Below are positions 9,617-18,279 of a stretch of 64,000 nt of DNA, piece by piece. Position 1 is the stretch's first letter. Each line of letters starts with the position of its first letter. Where the stretch lies: contig JAXHVS010000002.1 in the NCBI GenBank assembly GCA_034189025.1, forward strand, positions 11,191 through 75,190. Reading direction: 5' to 3'. Under the pieces are notes generated by a model. That model saw only the letters and a list, made by a program, of their open reading frames with translations, made no database searches and had not been told where the DNA came from. The stretch is from Bacteroidota bacterium. Lineage in GTDB: Bacteria; Bacteroidota; Bacteroidia; Bacteroidales; UBA12077. The position numbers and the translations under genes are program-made.

Positions 9617-9952
9617 TTACATCATTTCTTTCATTGCTTTATAGGCTTTGTCTCCATAAACAATGGAAGGCCCACCGCCCATAACTACAGCAACACCAAT
9701 AGTTTCAACAATCTCTTCCTGTGTTGCTCCTGCTTTTAGTGCATCCTGTACGTGGCATGCAATACATCCTTCGCATCGGATAGAAATAGCAATTCCTAAA
9801 GCAATTAATTCTTTATGCTTTGCACTTAATGCTTTATCTTCGCCTGTAGCATGGTGCATTTTAGCAAAACCTTCGGCTATTCCTGGGTTTTCTTTAGATA
9901 ATGTTCCTATAAAATCAAAAACTGCTTTTGCTTGATCTGCATATTTACTCAT
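9617..9952 (-). CDS. carboxymuconolactone decarboxylase / AhpD-like family protein
   Basis: 111 aa with CEGCIACH (CxxC..H) motif in the context HKELIALGIAISIRCEGCIACH, typical of the AhpD/CMD core domain. Confidence 0.8.
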   Translation of the reverse strand: MSKYADQAKAVFDFIGTLSKENPGIAEGFAKMHHATGEDKALSAKHKELIALGIAISIRCEGCIACHVQDALKAGATQEEIVETIGVAVVMGGGPSIVYGDKAYKAMKEMM

Positions 9953-10178
9953 AATTAATCCTCCTTTTTATTTTAGTTTGATTATGTAAAGATGCATGTT
10001 ATATTGTTTATATACAATGACATAAAACATGTAACTTAATGTTTTATAACAGTATAATTGAAGAAACAAAATAAAAAATATAGTGAGTAAGAAAACGTTT
10101 ACTATTTGCAAGTTTATCTAAAAATAATAAACTGTTGAAGTATCTAATGGTTGATTTATTTATAAAGAAGAAGGGTTA

Positions 10179-10541
10179 TTAATCTTCGTCATAACCCTCA
10201 TCTTTAATGTTGGACGCTTCATCGAAATTGTCATTTAAGTATTCTTCTTTGTCTTCGTCTTCGTCTACATCTTTTAAATCGTCAGAAAAGTCGTCTCTTA
10301 GTTTTCCATCATCGTTGTAATCATCATCTTCCTTAATGATCTGACGTGCTTCACGCTCTGTCATTCTTACCAAATAATAAATATCTTCTGTTTCAAAGGG
10401 TAAGGCCGAAACATATTTGCCTTCCTTATTGGTAAAGGTAATTAGGTTATCTTCATAACCATCAGGATATTCTACTTTGATGCTGTTGATGGTTTCTAAA
10501 GGAAGTTTTTCGTAATCTATAACAATTCTTTTCTTTGCCAC
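10179..10541 (-). CDS. hypothetical protein with strongly acidic C-terminal tail (120 aa)
   Basis: ORF-track protein: ~70-aa N-terminal globular part, then a D/E-rich tail (DDDYNDDGKLRDDFSDDLKDVDEDEDKEE...). No motif recognised. Confidence 0.55.
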   Translation of the reverse strand: MAKKRIVIDYEKLPLETINSIKVEYPDGYEDNLITFTNKEGKYVSALPFETEDIYYLVRMTEREARQIIKEDDDYNDDGKLRDDFSDDLKDVDEDEDKEEYLNDNFDEASNIKDEGYDED

Positions 10542-10734
10542 TTGACTATTGATTTTTAAAAGTTTTACGTCCGAAATATATTCAAAAAAAAAAAATCAAA
10601 CCTAATGAAAGGCTGCTATTTTTTAAAATATTTATAATCTATTGATTTATATTATTTTGACTTTTTTTAAATAAATTGTTTATAAATTTTATACCTGTTT
10701 ATGCCCTTTTAGGTTCTAATTTAATGCAAATTAT

Positions 10735-11517
10735 TTAAATAAAAATTTCACCTTTCATAAAAAGTTTGGCAGTCCCGGCAATTTTAACTCTTTCGCCAAG
10801 ATGTTCACAAGTTAAGTATCCTTTTCTTTCTGAAATCTGAATGGCCTCCAGTTTATTTTTTTTGAGTTTCTTTGCCCAGTAAGGTATAAGCGTGGTATGA
10901 GCAGAGCCCGTAACAGGGTCTTCGTTAATACCAGCACGCGGAGCAAAAAATCGCGATACAAAATCGCAATTATCTCCTTTAGCAGAGATGATAATACCAA
11001 ATGTTTCAACCTTTTCCAATATCCCGAAGTTGGGCTTAATTTTTTCAATTTCCTGCTGGTTCTTAAATATTGCCAAAAGATCTCTTGATTGGATTACTCC
11101 AACAGGTTCTGCCCCTAAACCATCTATTAAATAATCGGGTGCAGGAATAGCCTTTCCTTCATTCGATGGGAAATCCATAATCAGCAGGCCTTGATCTTTT
11201 TCAATAGTCAGTTCACCGCTAAGTGAAGACTTAAACCGGATAACAGGTTTCTTGTATTTTAATTCGTTATAAATAACCCAAGCCGCAGCTAAAGTGGGAT
11301 GCCCGGCCAGGTTAATTTCAACTTTTGGCGTAAACCACCTAATTTCAAAAAGATTATCCTTTGGAACAAAAAAAGCCGTTTCAGAAAGATTGTTTTCCAT
11401 GGCAATTTTTTGCATGGTATCTTTATCAAGCCATTCGGTAAGCGGACAAACGGCGGCTGGGTTCCCACCAAAAACTTCGTGGGTAAATGCATCTACCTGG
11501 TAAATGGGAATTTTCAT
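10735..11517 (-). CDS. PhzF-family isomerase-like protein
   Basis: 260 aa. MKIPIYQVDAFT...FGGNPAAVC start and the ...SETAF... and ...DPVTGSAH... blocks are characteristic of PhzF/YddE-like proteins. Confidence 0.85.
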   Translation of the reverse strand: MKIPIYQVDAFTHEVFGGNPAAVCPLTEWLDKDTMQKIAMENNLSETAFFVPKDNLFEIRWFTPKVEINLAGHPTLAAAWVIYNELKYKKPVIRFKSSLSGELTIEKDQGLLIMDFPSNEGKAIPAPDYLIDGLGAEPVGVIQSRDLLAIFKNQQEIEKIKPNFGILEKVETFGIIISAKGDNCDFVSRFFAPRAGINEDPVTGSAHTTLIPYWAKKLKKNKLEAIQISERKGYLTCEHLGERVKIAGTAKLFMKGEIFI

Positions 11518-11593
11518 CGTTCCATTTTTTATAGGATAAATTTAAGGATAAATATGAATCAGACAGAATAAAAATGGAATTTTTATAAAACAG

Positions 11594-11977
11594 TTAAAAC
11601 CAGCTGCTATACTCTTTGAAATCGATAAAAACTTCGCTGGTTTGATTTTCCTTGACAATAAATTTTCCGGTAATTGTTTTTCCGGGTTCTCCGTTAAATG
11701 TGTAAATTTTTACTTCATAATCGTGAACGCCTACTTCCATTTTTTTGCGGTAATTTTCCAACGAGATGGCCTTCTGATGATCTTTAAATGTTTGTTTTGG
11801 GCGAGGGTCTATCTTTGTGCCGTTTATATAAACATCAACAGCGAAAGTACTGTTCAAAATATATTGATTGGAATCGAAAATAACTTCACCAAATTTTTGC
11901 TCGGTTTTTTGTTCCGTCCGGCAACTTAATAATGTGGCTAAAAGAATGATACCGATAAATTTTTCGGGTTTCATCAT
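11594..11977 (-). CDS. hypothetical lipoprotein (127 aa)
   Basis: Signal plus lipobox-like IGIILLATLLSC; no other motif recognised. Confidence 0.5.
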   Translation of the reverse strand: MMKPEKFIGIILLATLLSCRTEQKTEQKFGEVIFDSNQYILNSTFAVDVYINGTKIDPRPKQTFKDHQKAISLENYRKKMEVGVHDYEVKIYTFNGEPGKTITGKFIVKENQTSEVFIDFKEYSSWF

Positions 11978-12113
11978 TTAAAAAAATTGTTTTATACTTT
12001 TATGATGTTTAAATTCGGGAAAAAGTTGCTTTAGTACTGATTATTTTAATTAACAAAGAATAAATACTTAAGATATTATGATAATATTGAAAGAGCATTA
12101 AAAATAGTTAGCG

Positions 12114-13484
12114 ATGAAAATATCAGAAATATTCAAATTACAGCAGGATTTTTTTCTTTCCCATCAAACAAAGCCAATTAGTTTCAGGAAGGAACAATTA
12201 AAAAAGTTTAAAGCGGTTTTAAAAGAGAATGAATCATTACTATACGAGGCAATTGATAAAGATTTTGGTAAATCGGATTTTGAGACTTACGAAACAGAGC
12301 TTTCTATTCTTTATCACGAAATAAATATGGCTATTAAAAAAGTAAGAAGATGGAGCAGATCCAAGCGGGTTTCTACCAATCTTGCCAATCTGCCGGGAAA
12401 AAGCCGCATTATCCCTGAACCATACGGAAATACGCTGGTTATCGGAGCCTGGAATTATCCCTATCAGTTGGCTCTGCTTCCTGCAGTTTCGGCTATTGCT
12501 GCCGGGAATACGGTAATTATTAAGCCCAGCGAACTGGCTCCCAATACTTCGGCTATTATGGCAAAAATTTTTAATGATAATTTCAATGCTGAATTTTTAT
12601 ATGTTAAAGATGGCGGAGTACCCGAAACAACAGAGTTGCTGGAGCAAAAGTTTGATAAAATATTTTTTACCGGGAGTACACGGGTAGGGAAAATTGTTTA
12701 TCAAGCTGCAGCTAAAAATCTAACACCTGTTACCCTCGAGTTAGGTGGAAAAAGCCCAACATTTGTTTTTCCGGACACCAACTTGAAAATGGCTGCTAAA
12801 CGAATTGCCTGGGGTAAATTTTTAAATGCCGGGCAAACATGTGTAGCACCCGATTATTTGCTTGTTCATACAGATATTAAGAATAAATTTTTGAACGAAC
12901 TTAAAAATCAAATTATTAAAATTCAGGGAGAGAATCCTAAAGGAAGCGAAGCTTATGTCCGCATCATTAATAAACCCAATTTTGAAAGATTATCCTGGTT
13001 AATCGATAAAGAAAAAATATATTATGGTGGCGAGATGGATGAAGAAAATTTATTTATCAGCCCTACCATTCTTCACAATGTTACCTTTGATGATAAAGTG
13101 ATGGAAGATGAGATTTTCGGGCCCATTCTTCCGGTCATTGAATTTAATGATCTTGATAAAGCTATTGTCCAGGTGAGAAGCCTCTACAAACCTTTGTCTC
13201 TTTATATTTTTACAAACAAAACAAAAATTAGAAAGAAAATAATCAATGAAATTTCGTTTGGTGGGGGTTGTGTAAACGATACCATTATGCACCTTTCTAA
13301 TCCGAAGCTACCTTTTGGTGGAGTTGGATATAGCGGAATGGGTGATTATCATGGGAAAGCCGGATTTGATGCTTTTAGTCATCATAAAAGTGTTTTGTAT
13401 AAAGGGCTGTGGTTTGAGCCATTTTTAAAATACAGGCCTTATTCTGAATTTAAGATGAAGTTGTTGCGTTGGGTTGTTGAATAA
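12114..13484 (+). CDS. aldehyde dehydrogenase family protein (class-3-like, 456 aa)
   Basis: Catalytic Glu block ELGGKSP and catalytic Cys block GQTCVAPDY; NAD-binding FTGST.VGK. Confidence 0.9.
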   Translation: MKISEIFKLQQDFFLSHQTKPISFRKEQLKKFKAVLKENESLLYEAIDKDFGKSDFETYETELSILYHEINMAIKKVRRWSRSKRVSTNLANLPGKSRIIPEPYGNTLVIGAWNYPYQLALLPAVSAIAAGNTVIIKPSELAPNTSAIMAKIFNDNFNAEFLYVKDGGVPETTELLEQKFDKIFFTGSTRVGKIVYQAAAKNLTPVTLELGGKSPTFVFPDTNLKMAAKRIAWGKFLNAGQTCVAPDYLLVHTDIKNKFLNELKNQIIKIQGENPKGSEAYVRIINKPNFERLSWLIDKEKIYYGGEMDEENLFISPTILHNVTFDDKVMEDEIFGPILPVIEFNDLDKAIVQVRSLYKPLSLYIFTNKTKIRKKIINEISFGGGCVNDTIMHLSNPKLPFGGVGYSGMGDYHGKAGFDAFSHHKSVLYKGLWFEPFLKYRPYSEFKMKLLRWVVE

Positions 13485-13620
13485 AATATTTGCCCTGGAA
13501 ATAGAACCTAGGTTCAATTAATTGAATGCACTGCTTTGTCTTGATTATCACAAAGATTATAATGTGAGTTATGCGTTTTAGGGTCTTCGTGCCTTAGCGG
13601 TAAAAAAGAATGAACCCCCT

Positions 13621-14031
13621 TTACTTCCCTTTCCTTCTAATCAATACAATACCATATTTATCTTCGATATACTGGAAATAATAATAGAGTTTGTAGTTTA
13701 GGTCAATACCATAATCAACCGATGGTTCATAGTTGATTTGTGTTTCATAGAAATCTCCGTATCTAAAAGGATTTTGATGTCTTCTGTTCCACTCATTACA
13801 ATATTGGATATTCCAATTCTTGTAATATTCGTTCGAATAAAAATTTTTAGGATGAGGAACTGTAAGGAGGTAATTTTCAAAACCTGCATCCAGTACCAAT
13901 AGTTCATACTCAGTACTGTCTTCAGAATTTATTTCTACGCTGGATGAATCTTTTAAATTTTGCTGAGCTAAAACATCATCCATTGAAAAATAACCGGCCA
14001 TAAAAATCATTAAAACGAATAATGTTTTCAT
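13621..14031 (-). CDS. hypothetical secreted protein (136 aa from internal ATG)
   Basis: The ATG at 14031 gives MKTLFVLMIFMAGYFSMDDVLAQQ, a signal peptide. The 18-codon upstream extension in the track has no signal character. Y/N/W-rich mature part of unknown function. Confidence 0.5.
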   Translation of the reverse strand: MKTLFVLMIFMAGYFSMDDVLAQQNLKDSSSVEINSEDSTEYELLVLDAGFENYLLTVPHPKNFYSNEYYKNWNIQYCNEWNRRHQNPFRYGDFYETQINYEPSVDYGIDLNYKLYYYFQYIEDKYGIVLIRRKGK

Positions 14032-14141
14032 AATATAAAGTTTTTCAGAACGATATAATATACAATAAAAAATAGGAGAAGTCAAGGTTTCGACAAAATT
14101 TACATTCTATTTAGTATATATAAATTAATTTATGAAAGTAA

Positions 14142-14175
14142 AAAACCCTGTCATGAGTTGTTATGACAGGGTTTT
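14142..14175 (-). terminator. rho-independent terminator downstream of dnaJ
   Basis: AAAACCCTGTCAT-N8-ATGACAGGGTTTT, a 13-bp perfect stem 24 nt after the dnaJ stop. The plus-strand A-run gives a U-tail on the minus strand. Confidence 0.65.
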
Positions 14176-14198
14176 CTAGTTATATTGGAACCTTGTTT

Positions 14199-15389
14199 TT
14201 ATTCAAAGATATTTTTCATCTTTTCGAAAAAAGTTTTGTCGTTGGCATTTGGATTTGGTTTAAAGTTTTCTGAGTTTCCCAATTGTTCGACAATTTTTTG
14301 TTCATCTTTAGAAAGCTCTTTGGGTATCCACACATTGATATTTACTAGTAAATCGCCTTTTCCATAACCATTTATTTCGGGTAATCCTTTTCCTCTTAAA
14401 CGTAAAATTTTTCCAGGCTGAGTTCCTGGTTCAATTTTTATTTTTACTTTCCCGTCAACGGTTGGTACTTGAACTGTGTCGCCGAGCGAAGCCTGGGCAA
14501 AGTTTAAATATAGCCCATAGATTAAATCATGGCCGTCTCGAACTAATGCGGGATGTTTTTCTTCTTGAATAAGGACAATCAGATCGCCATTAACCCCACC
14601 TCGTCTTGCTGCATTTCCTTTGCCACTAACATTAAGTTGCATTCCTTCACCAACTCCTGTAGGAATATCAATCGAAATAACTTCGGTACCTTTCACAATT
14701 CCTTCGCCATGACATTTTGTGCATTTGTTGGTGATTACTTTACCTTCACCACCACAAACATGGCACGTAGATGTAGTTTGCATCTGTCCTAAAAAGGTAT
14801 TTGATACCTTTGTTACCTGTCCGGTACCTCTACAAGTAGAACAAGTACTGTATGATGATGCATCTTTTGCTCCCGTTCCGTTACAAGCATCACAAGTTAC
14901 ATATTTGTTTACTTTTAATTTTTTAGTAACTCCATGGGCGATATCTTTTAGCGAGAGGGTAACTTTTACTCTTAAATTAGATCCTTTGTTTACTCTTCTA
15001 GAGCGTTGCCGTGATCCACCAAAACCACCAAATCCGCTAAAACCACCAAATGAGCCGCCAAAAGCGCTACCAAAAATGTCGCCAAAATTTTCGAAAATAT
15101 CTTCCATGGTCATTCCGCCACCACCAAACCCGTTACCGGCAGCTCCTCCAACACCTGCATGTCCAAAACGGTCATATCGGCTACGTTTATCAGGGTCTCT
15201 TAATACTTCATAAGCTTCTGCAGCTTCTTTAAATTTGTTTTCTGCTTCTTTATCTCCTGGATTTTTATCGGGGTGATATTTTAACGCTTGTTTTCGGTAT
15301 GCTTTTTTTATCTCATCCTGACTTGCACTCTTAGAAATCCCTAAAATTTCGTAATAATCTCGTTTTGTAGACATATCTTCTTTTTTCAA
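14199..15389 (-). CDS. dnaJ: molecular chaperone DnaJ
   Basis: J domain RDYYEILG...YHPDKN, G/F-rich linker, four CxxCxGxG zinc motifs ([32 protein letters not shown]). An alternative start 5 codons in (15374) is possible. Confidence 0.95.
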   Translation of the reverse strand: MKKEDMSTKRDYYEILGISKSASQDEIKKAYRKQALKYHPDKNPGDKEAENKFKEAAEAYEVLRDPDKRSRYDRFGHAGVGGAAGNGFGGGGMTMEDIFENFGDIFGSAFGGSFGGFSGFGGFGGSRQRSRRVNKGSNLRVKVTLSLKDIAHGVTKKLKVNKYVTCDACNGTGAKDASSYSTCSTCRGTGQVTKVSNTFLGQMQTTSTCHVCGGEGKVITNKCTKCHGEGIVKGTEVISIDIPTGVGEGMQLNVSGKGNAARRGGVNGDLIVLIQEEKHPALVRDGHDLIYGLYLNFAQASLGDTVQVPTVDGKVKIKIEPGTQPGKILRLRGKGLPEINGYGKGDLLVNINVWIPKELSKDEQKIVEQLGNSENFKPNPNANDKTFFEKMKNIFE

Positions 15390-15395
15390 AATTTT

Positions 15396-16052
15396 TTATT
15401 CTCCTATTACCACTTTGGCGTACCGGATAACTTTTTCATTTAACAGATACCCTTTTTCAATTACATCAACAACTTTCCCTTTAAGCTCTTCGCTTGGGGC
15501 CGGCATTTTGGTTACTGCTTCGTGCAGATCGGTATCAAATTCTTTCTCTTTGGCTTCTATTTCTTTTACCCCGTGTTGTTTTAAAAACTCTTTAAACTTG
15601 TTGTATATTAATAACACTCCCTCTTTAATAGCATCTACTTCTTTGGCCTTATCTATAGATGCCAGTCCTCGTTCAAAATCATCCATTACCGGAAGAATAT
15701 TAACTAAGATATCCTCACCAGCCGATTTGGCTAACTCCATCTTTTCTTTTAATGTTCTTCGCCGATAATTATCATATTCAGCAGCCAGACGTAGATATTT
15801 ATCATTTAGTTCTTCTATCTTTTCTTTATCTGATTTTCCTTTTTTAGATGATTCTTTTTTTTCAGTTTCAACTTTTTTATCTTGCTGCTCTTGCTGCTCT
15901 TGCTCAACCTTATCTTCAACTTTCTCCTTTTGCTCTTTTTTAGTGCTTTTTTCCGATTTTGTTTTTCTTTTTTGTTCTGATTTTATTTCTTGTTGAGCTT
16001 GTTGCATATCTTTTTCGTTCTCCTTGTTTTCTTTTTTTGTTTTTTTTCCCAT
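15396..16052 (-). CDS. grpE: nucleotide exchange factor GrpE (with ~85-aa K/E/Q-rich N-terminal extension)
   Basis: Core RLAAEYDNYRRRT...ILPVMDDFERG...VIEKGY; immediately upstream of dnaJ. Confidence 0.93.
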   Translation of the reverse strand: MGKKTKKENKENEKDMQQAQQEIKSEQKRKTKSEKSTKKEQKEKVEDKVEQEQQEQQDKKVETEKKESSKKGKSDKEKIEELNDKYLRLAAEYDNYRRRTLKEKMELAKSAGEDILVNILPVMDDFERGLASIDKAKEVDAIKEGVLLIYNKFKEFLKQHGVKEIEAKEKEFDTDLHEAVTKMPAPSEELKGKVVDVIEKGYLLNEKVIRYAKVVIGE

Positions 16053-16197
16053 CGCTGTATATTTTATACTTTATTTCAGATTTATATTTTGGTAACAAAC
16101 ATTTTGCCAAAAGAATGTTTTGCGCCAATTTGACACATGCAAGAAAGATTCAAATGAAATATTGGCAAATGATTATGTTTACTATCGAGCAAAAAAA

Positions 16198-17505
16198 TTA
16201 ATCAATCCTTTTAATATCAGCACCTAGTGCGTTTAACCGAGTGTCGATATTTTGATAACCTCTATCAATTTGCTCAATATTATGGATAGTGCTAACTCCA
16301 TCGGCTGACATAGCAGCAATTAATAGAGCAACACCGGCACGAATATCCGGCGATGTCATATCGGTTGCTCGTAGTTGGATTTTATTGTCAAGGCCGATAA
16401 CTGTTGCACGGTGAGGATCGCAAAGAATAATTTGTGCGCCCATATCAATTAATTTATCAACAAAAAACAGACGGCTTTCGAACATTTTTTGGTGTATTAA
16501 AACACTGCCTTTTGCTTGAGTAGCTGTAACCAGAAGTACACTTAACAGGTCGGGTGTTAATCCTGGCCAGGGTGCATCGGCAATGGTCATTATGGAGCCA
16601 TCAATAAATGTTTCTATTTGATAGTGGCGATGTTCGGGAATATAAATGTCATCATTTGATTTTTCAAGCTGGATTCCTAACCTTCGAAAAGCCGTAGGTA
16701 TAATTCCCAGGTTTTCGAACGAAACATTTTTAATGGTTATTTCTGAACCGGTCATTACAGCTAACCCGATAAAACTGCCTATTTCAATCATATCGGGCAA
16801 AATAGTATGCTCGCACCCTTTTAATTCTTTTACTCCATCGATCGTAAGTAAGTTGGACCCTATTCCCGATATTTTTGCTCCCATGCTTACCAACATTTTG
16901 CATAGCTGTTGAATGTAAGGTTCGCATGCCGCATTATAAATTACTGTTTGTCCTTTGCCCAAAACGGCAGTCATAATAATATTAGCTGTTCCGGTAACGG
17001 AAGCTTCCTCGAGCAGCATTCTAGCTCCATGCAAATTTTTCCCTTTTACTTTATACGAGTTGTCTTTGTGGCTAAATTCAAATTTGGCTCCTAGTTTCTC
17101 AAATCCAATAAAGTGTGTATCCACTCTTCGGCGGCCTATTTTATCTCCTCCGGGCTTTGGTATATATCCTTTGCCAAAGCGTGCAAGAAGAGGGCCAATC
17201 ATCATAATTGAACCACGCAGCGAAATCGATTTTTCTCTATATTCTTCGGTTTGCAGATAGTTGAAATCAATTTCTTTAGCAGTAAAGGTATAAGAAGATT
17301 CACTTAGCTTTTCTACTTTAACACCAATTGACTCGATTAAATCGATGAGTTTATTTACATCCCTAATATTAGGGATGTTATGAATAGTAACTTTTTCAGG
17401 TGTTAAAAGTACAGCACTAATGATTTGCAAAGCTTCGTTTTTTGCTCCCTGTGGAGTAATATCACCTTTTAATTTTTTCCCTCCTTGAATAACAAATGAA
17501 CTCAT
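16198..17505 (-). CDS. murA: UDP-N-acetylglucosamine 1-carboxyvinyltransferase MurA
   Basis: 435 aa; G.I.PQGAKNEAL start block, PGGDKIGRRRVD active-site loop, C-terminal IDRGY...L..LGA.I. Confidence 0.95.
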   Translation of the reverse strand: MSSFVIQGGKKLKGDITPQGAKNEALQIISAVLLTPEKVTIHNIPNIRDVNKLIDLIESIGVKVEKLSESSYTFTAKEIDFNYLQTEEYREKSISLRGSIMMIGPLLARFGKGYIPKPGGDKIGRRRVDTHFIGFEKLGAKFEFSHKDNSYKVKGKNLHGARMLLEEASVTGTANIIMTAVLGKGQTVIYNAACEPYIQQLCKMLVSMGAKISGIGSNLLTIDGVKELKGCEHTILPDMIEIGSFIGLAVMTGSEITIKNVSFENLGIIPTAFRRLGIQLEKSNDDIYIPEHRHYQIETFIDGSIMTIADAPWPGLTPDLLSVLLVTATQAKGSVLIHQKMFESRLFFVDKLIDMGAQIILCDPHRATVIGLDNKIQLRATDMTSPDIRAGVALLIAAMSADGVSTIHNIEQIDRGYQNIDTRLNALGADIKRID

Positions 17506-17532
17506 ATATTAATGCTTATTTGGGAAGATAAT

Positions 17533-18123
17533 TTATTTTTTTCGTTGACTGCGGCGTCGTTTGTTTTTGGCTAAAATATCTTTAGTTTCTGTTAATGTTG
17601 TATTGTTTGCACTAAGGTCAATTTTTCCATTGGAAAGTTCTTTTAAATCTGAAAAAATATGCTCGTCGGAAACAGCCTCTTTGTTCCATGTTAAGTAGCT
17701 TTTTTTCATATGATTAGCAATAAGTTGTGACAGGATATCTTTCATTTCTCCTTCTTCCATATTTATTGCATAGTCAATCATCTTTTCAATGGTTTTACCA
17801 TAATGCTTAAATCTAGCACCTTTATTGTTGTATGGTACTTTTTCTGGTTTTTCTTTTAAAGTTTCTATTTTCGGGGTTTCATAGGGTGAGTCAATATCGA
17901 GTTGAAAATCTGAAATAATCGCCAAATGGTCCCATAGTTTGTGTTTAAAATCGGCAATATCTCGTAAATGAGGATTCATATTGCCCATGATATTTATAAT
18001 TGCTTGCGCCATTTTATTCCTTTTTTCTTTGTCGGGCTCTTCTATAGTGAGCTCAATCATTTTTTGGATATTCCTTCCATATTCGGGTAAAACCATCTTC
18101 TTTCTGCTTGTATTATATTCCAT
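17533..18123 (-). CDS. DUF4290-like protein
   Basis: From the ATG at 18123: MEYNTSRKKMVLPEYGRNIQKMI...HKLWDHLAIISDFQLDIDSPY. I recognise this as the Bacteroidota family usually found just upstream of murA. The track ORF adds 15 unlikely codons. Confidence 0.7.
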   Translation of the reverse strand: MEYNTSRKKMVLPEYGRNIQKMIELTIEEPDKEKRNKMAQAIINIMGNMNPHLRDIADFKHKLWDHLAIISDFQLDIDSPYETPKIETLKEKPEKVPYNNKGARFKHYGKTIEKMIDYAINMEEGEMKDILSQLIANHMKKSYLTWNKEAVSDEHIFSDLKELSNGKIDLSANNTTLTETKDILAKNKRRRSQRKK

Positions 18124-18279
18124 AACTGAATTTATTTTTTGCAAAAATAATCTATTTTGATTTAGCATTCAAAGATTTAAGGATTTTATTCTTTTGTGAT
18201 TTTGATTAATAGTAAAACCATTGACTGCTATATTACTCCTTAAATATTGTTTGATAAAGGTATAAGGAGAAGTATTATT

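Noticed and set aside
10022-10047. Perfect 9-bp inverted repeat ATAAAACAT-N8-ATGTTTTAT upstream of the AhpD/CMD-like gene
   Set aside because: It is almost entirely A/T in a very AT-rich spacer. It could be an operator or a weak terminator for the upstream gene, but there is no way to support either reading from sequence alone.
13513-13620. 14-bp palindrome TTCAATTAATTGAA and a fragment CTTCGTGCCTTAGCGGTAAAAAA after the aldehyde dehydrogenase gene; also a 'GGTTCAA' string checked as a possible tRNA T-arm
   Set aside because: There is no cloverleaf or acceptor stem around it. The palindrome has no loop and is all A/T, and the fragment shows only vague resemblance to the 22240-22409 element. 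Too weak to call.
14719-15213. 164-aa Pro-rich plus-strand ORF inside dnaJ
   Set aside because: It is the antisense reading of the Gly/Phe-rich and Cys-rich DnaJ regions (GGN codons read as NCC = Pro). It has no independent start context, and dnaJ on the minus strand is unambiguous.
16053-16197. Searched the grpE upstream region for a CIRCE-type heat-shock operator (TTAGCACTC-N9-GAGTGCTAA)
   Set aside because: There is no match. Only weak partial symmetry (TTGGCAAAATGTTTGTTACCAA), which I cannot distinguish from chance in AT-rich DNA.
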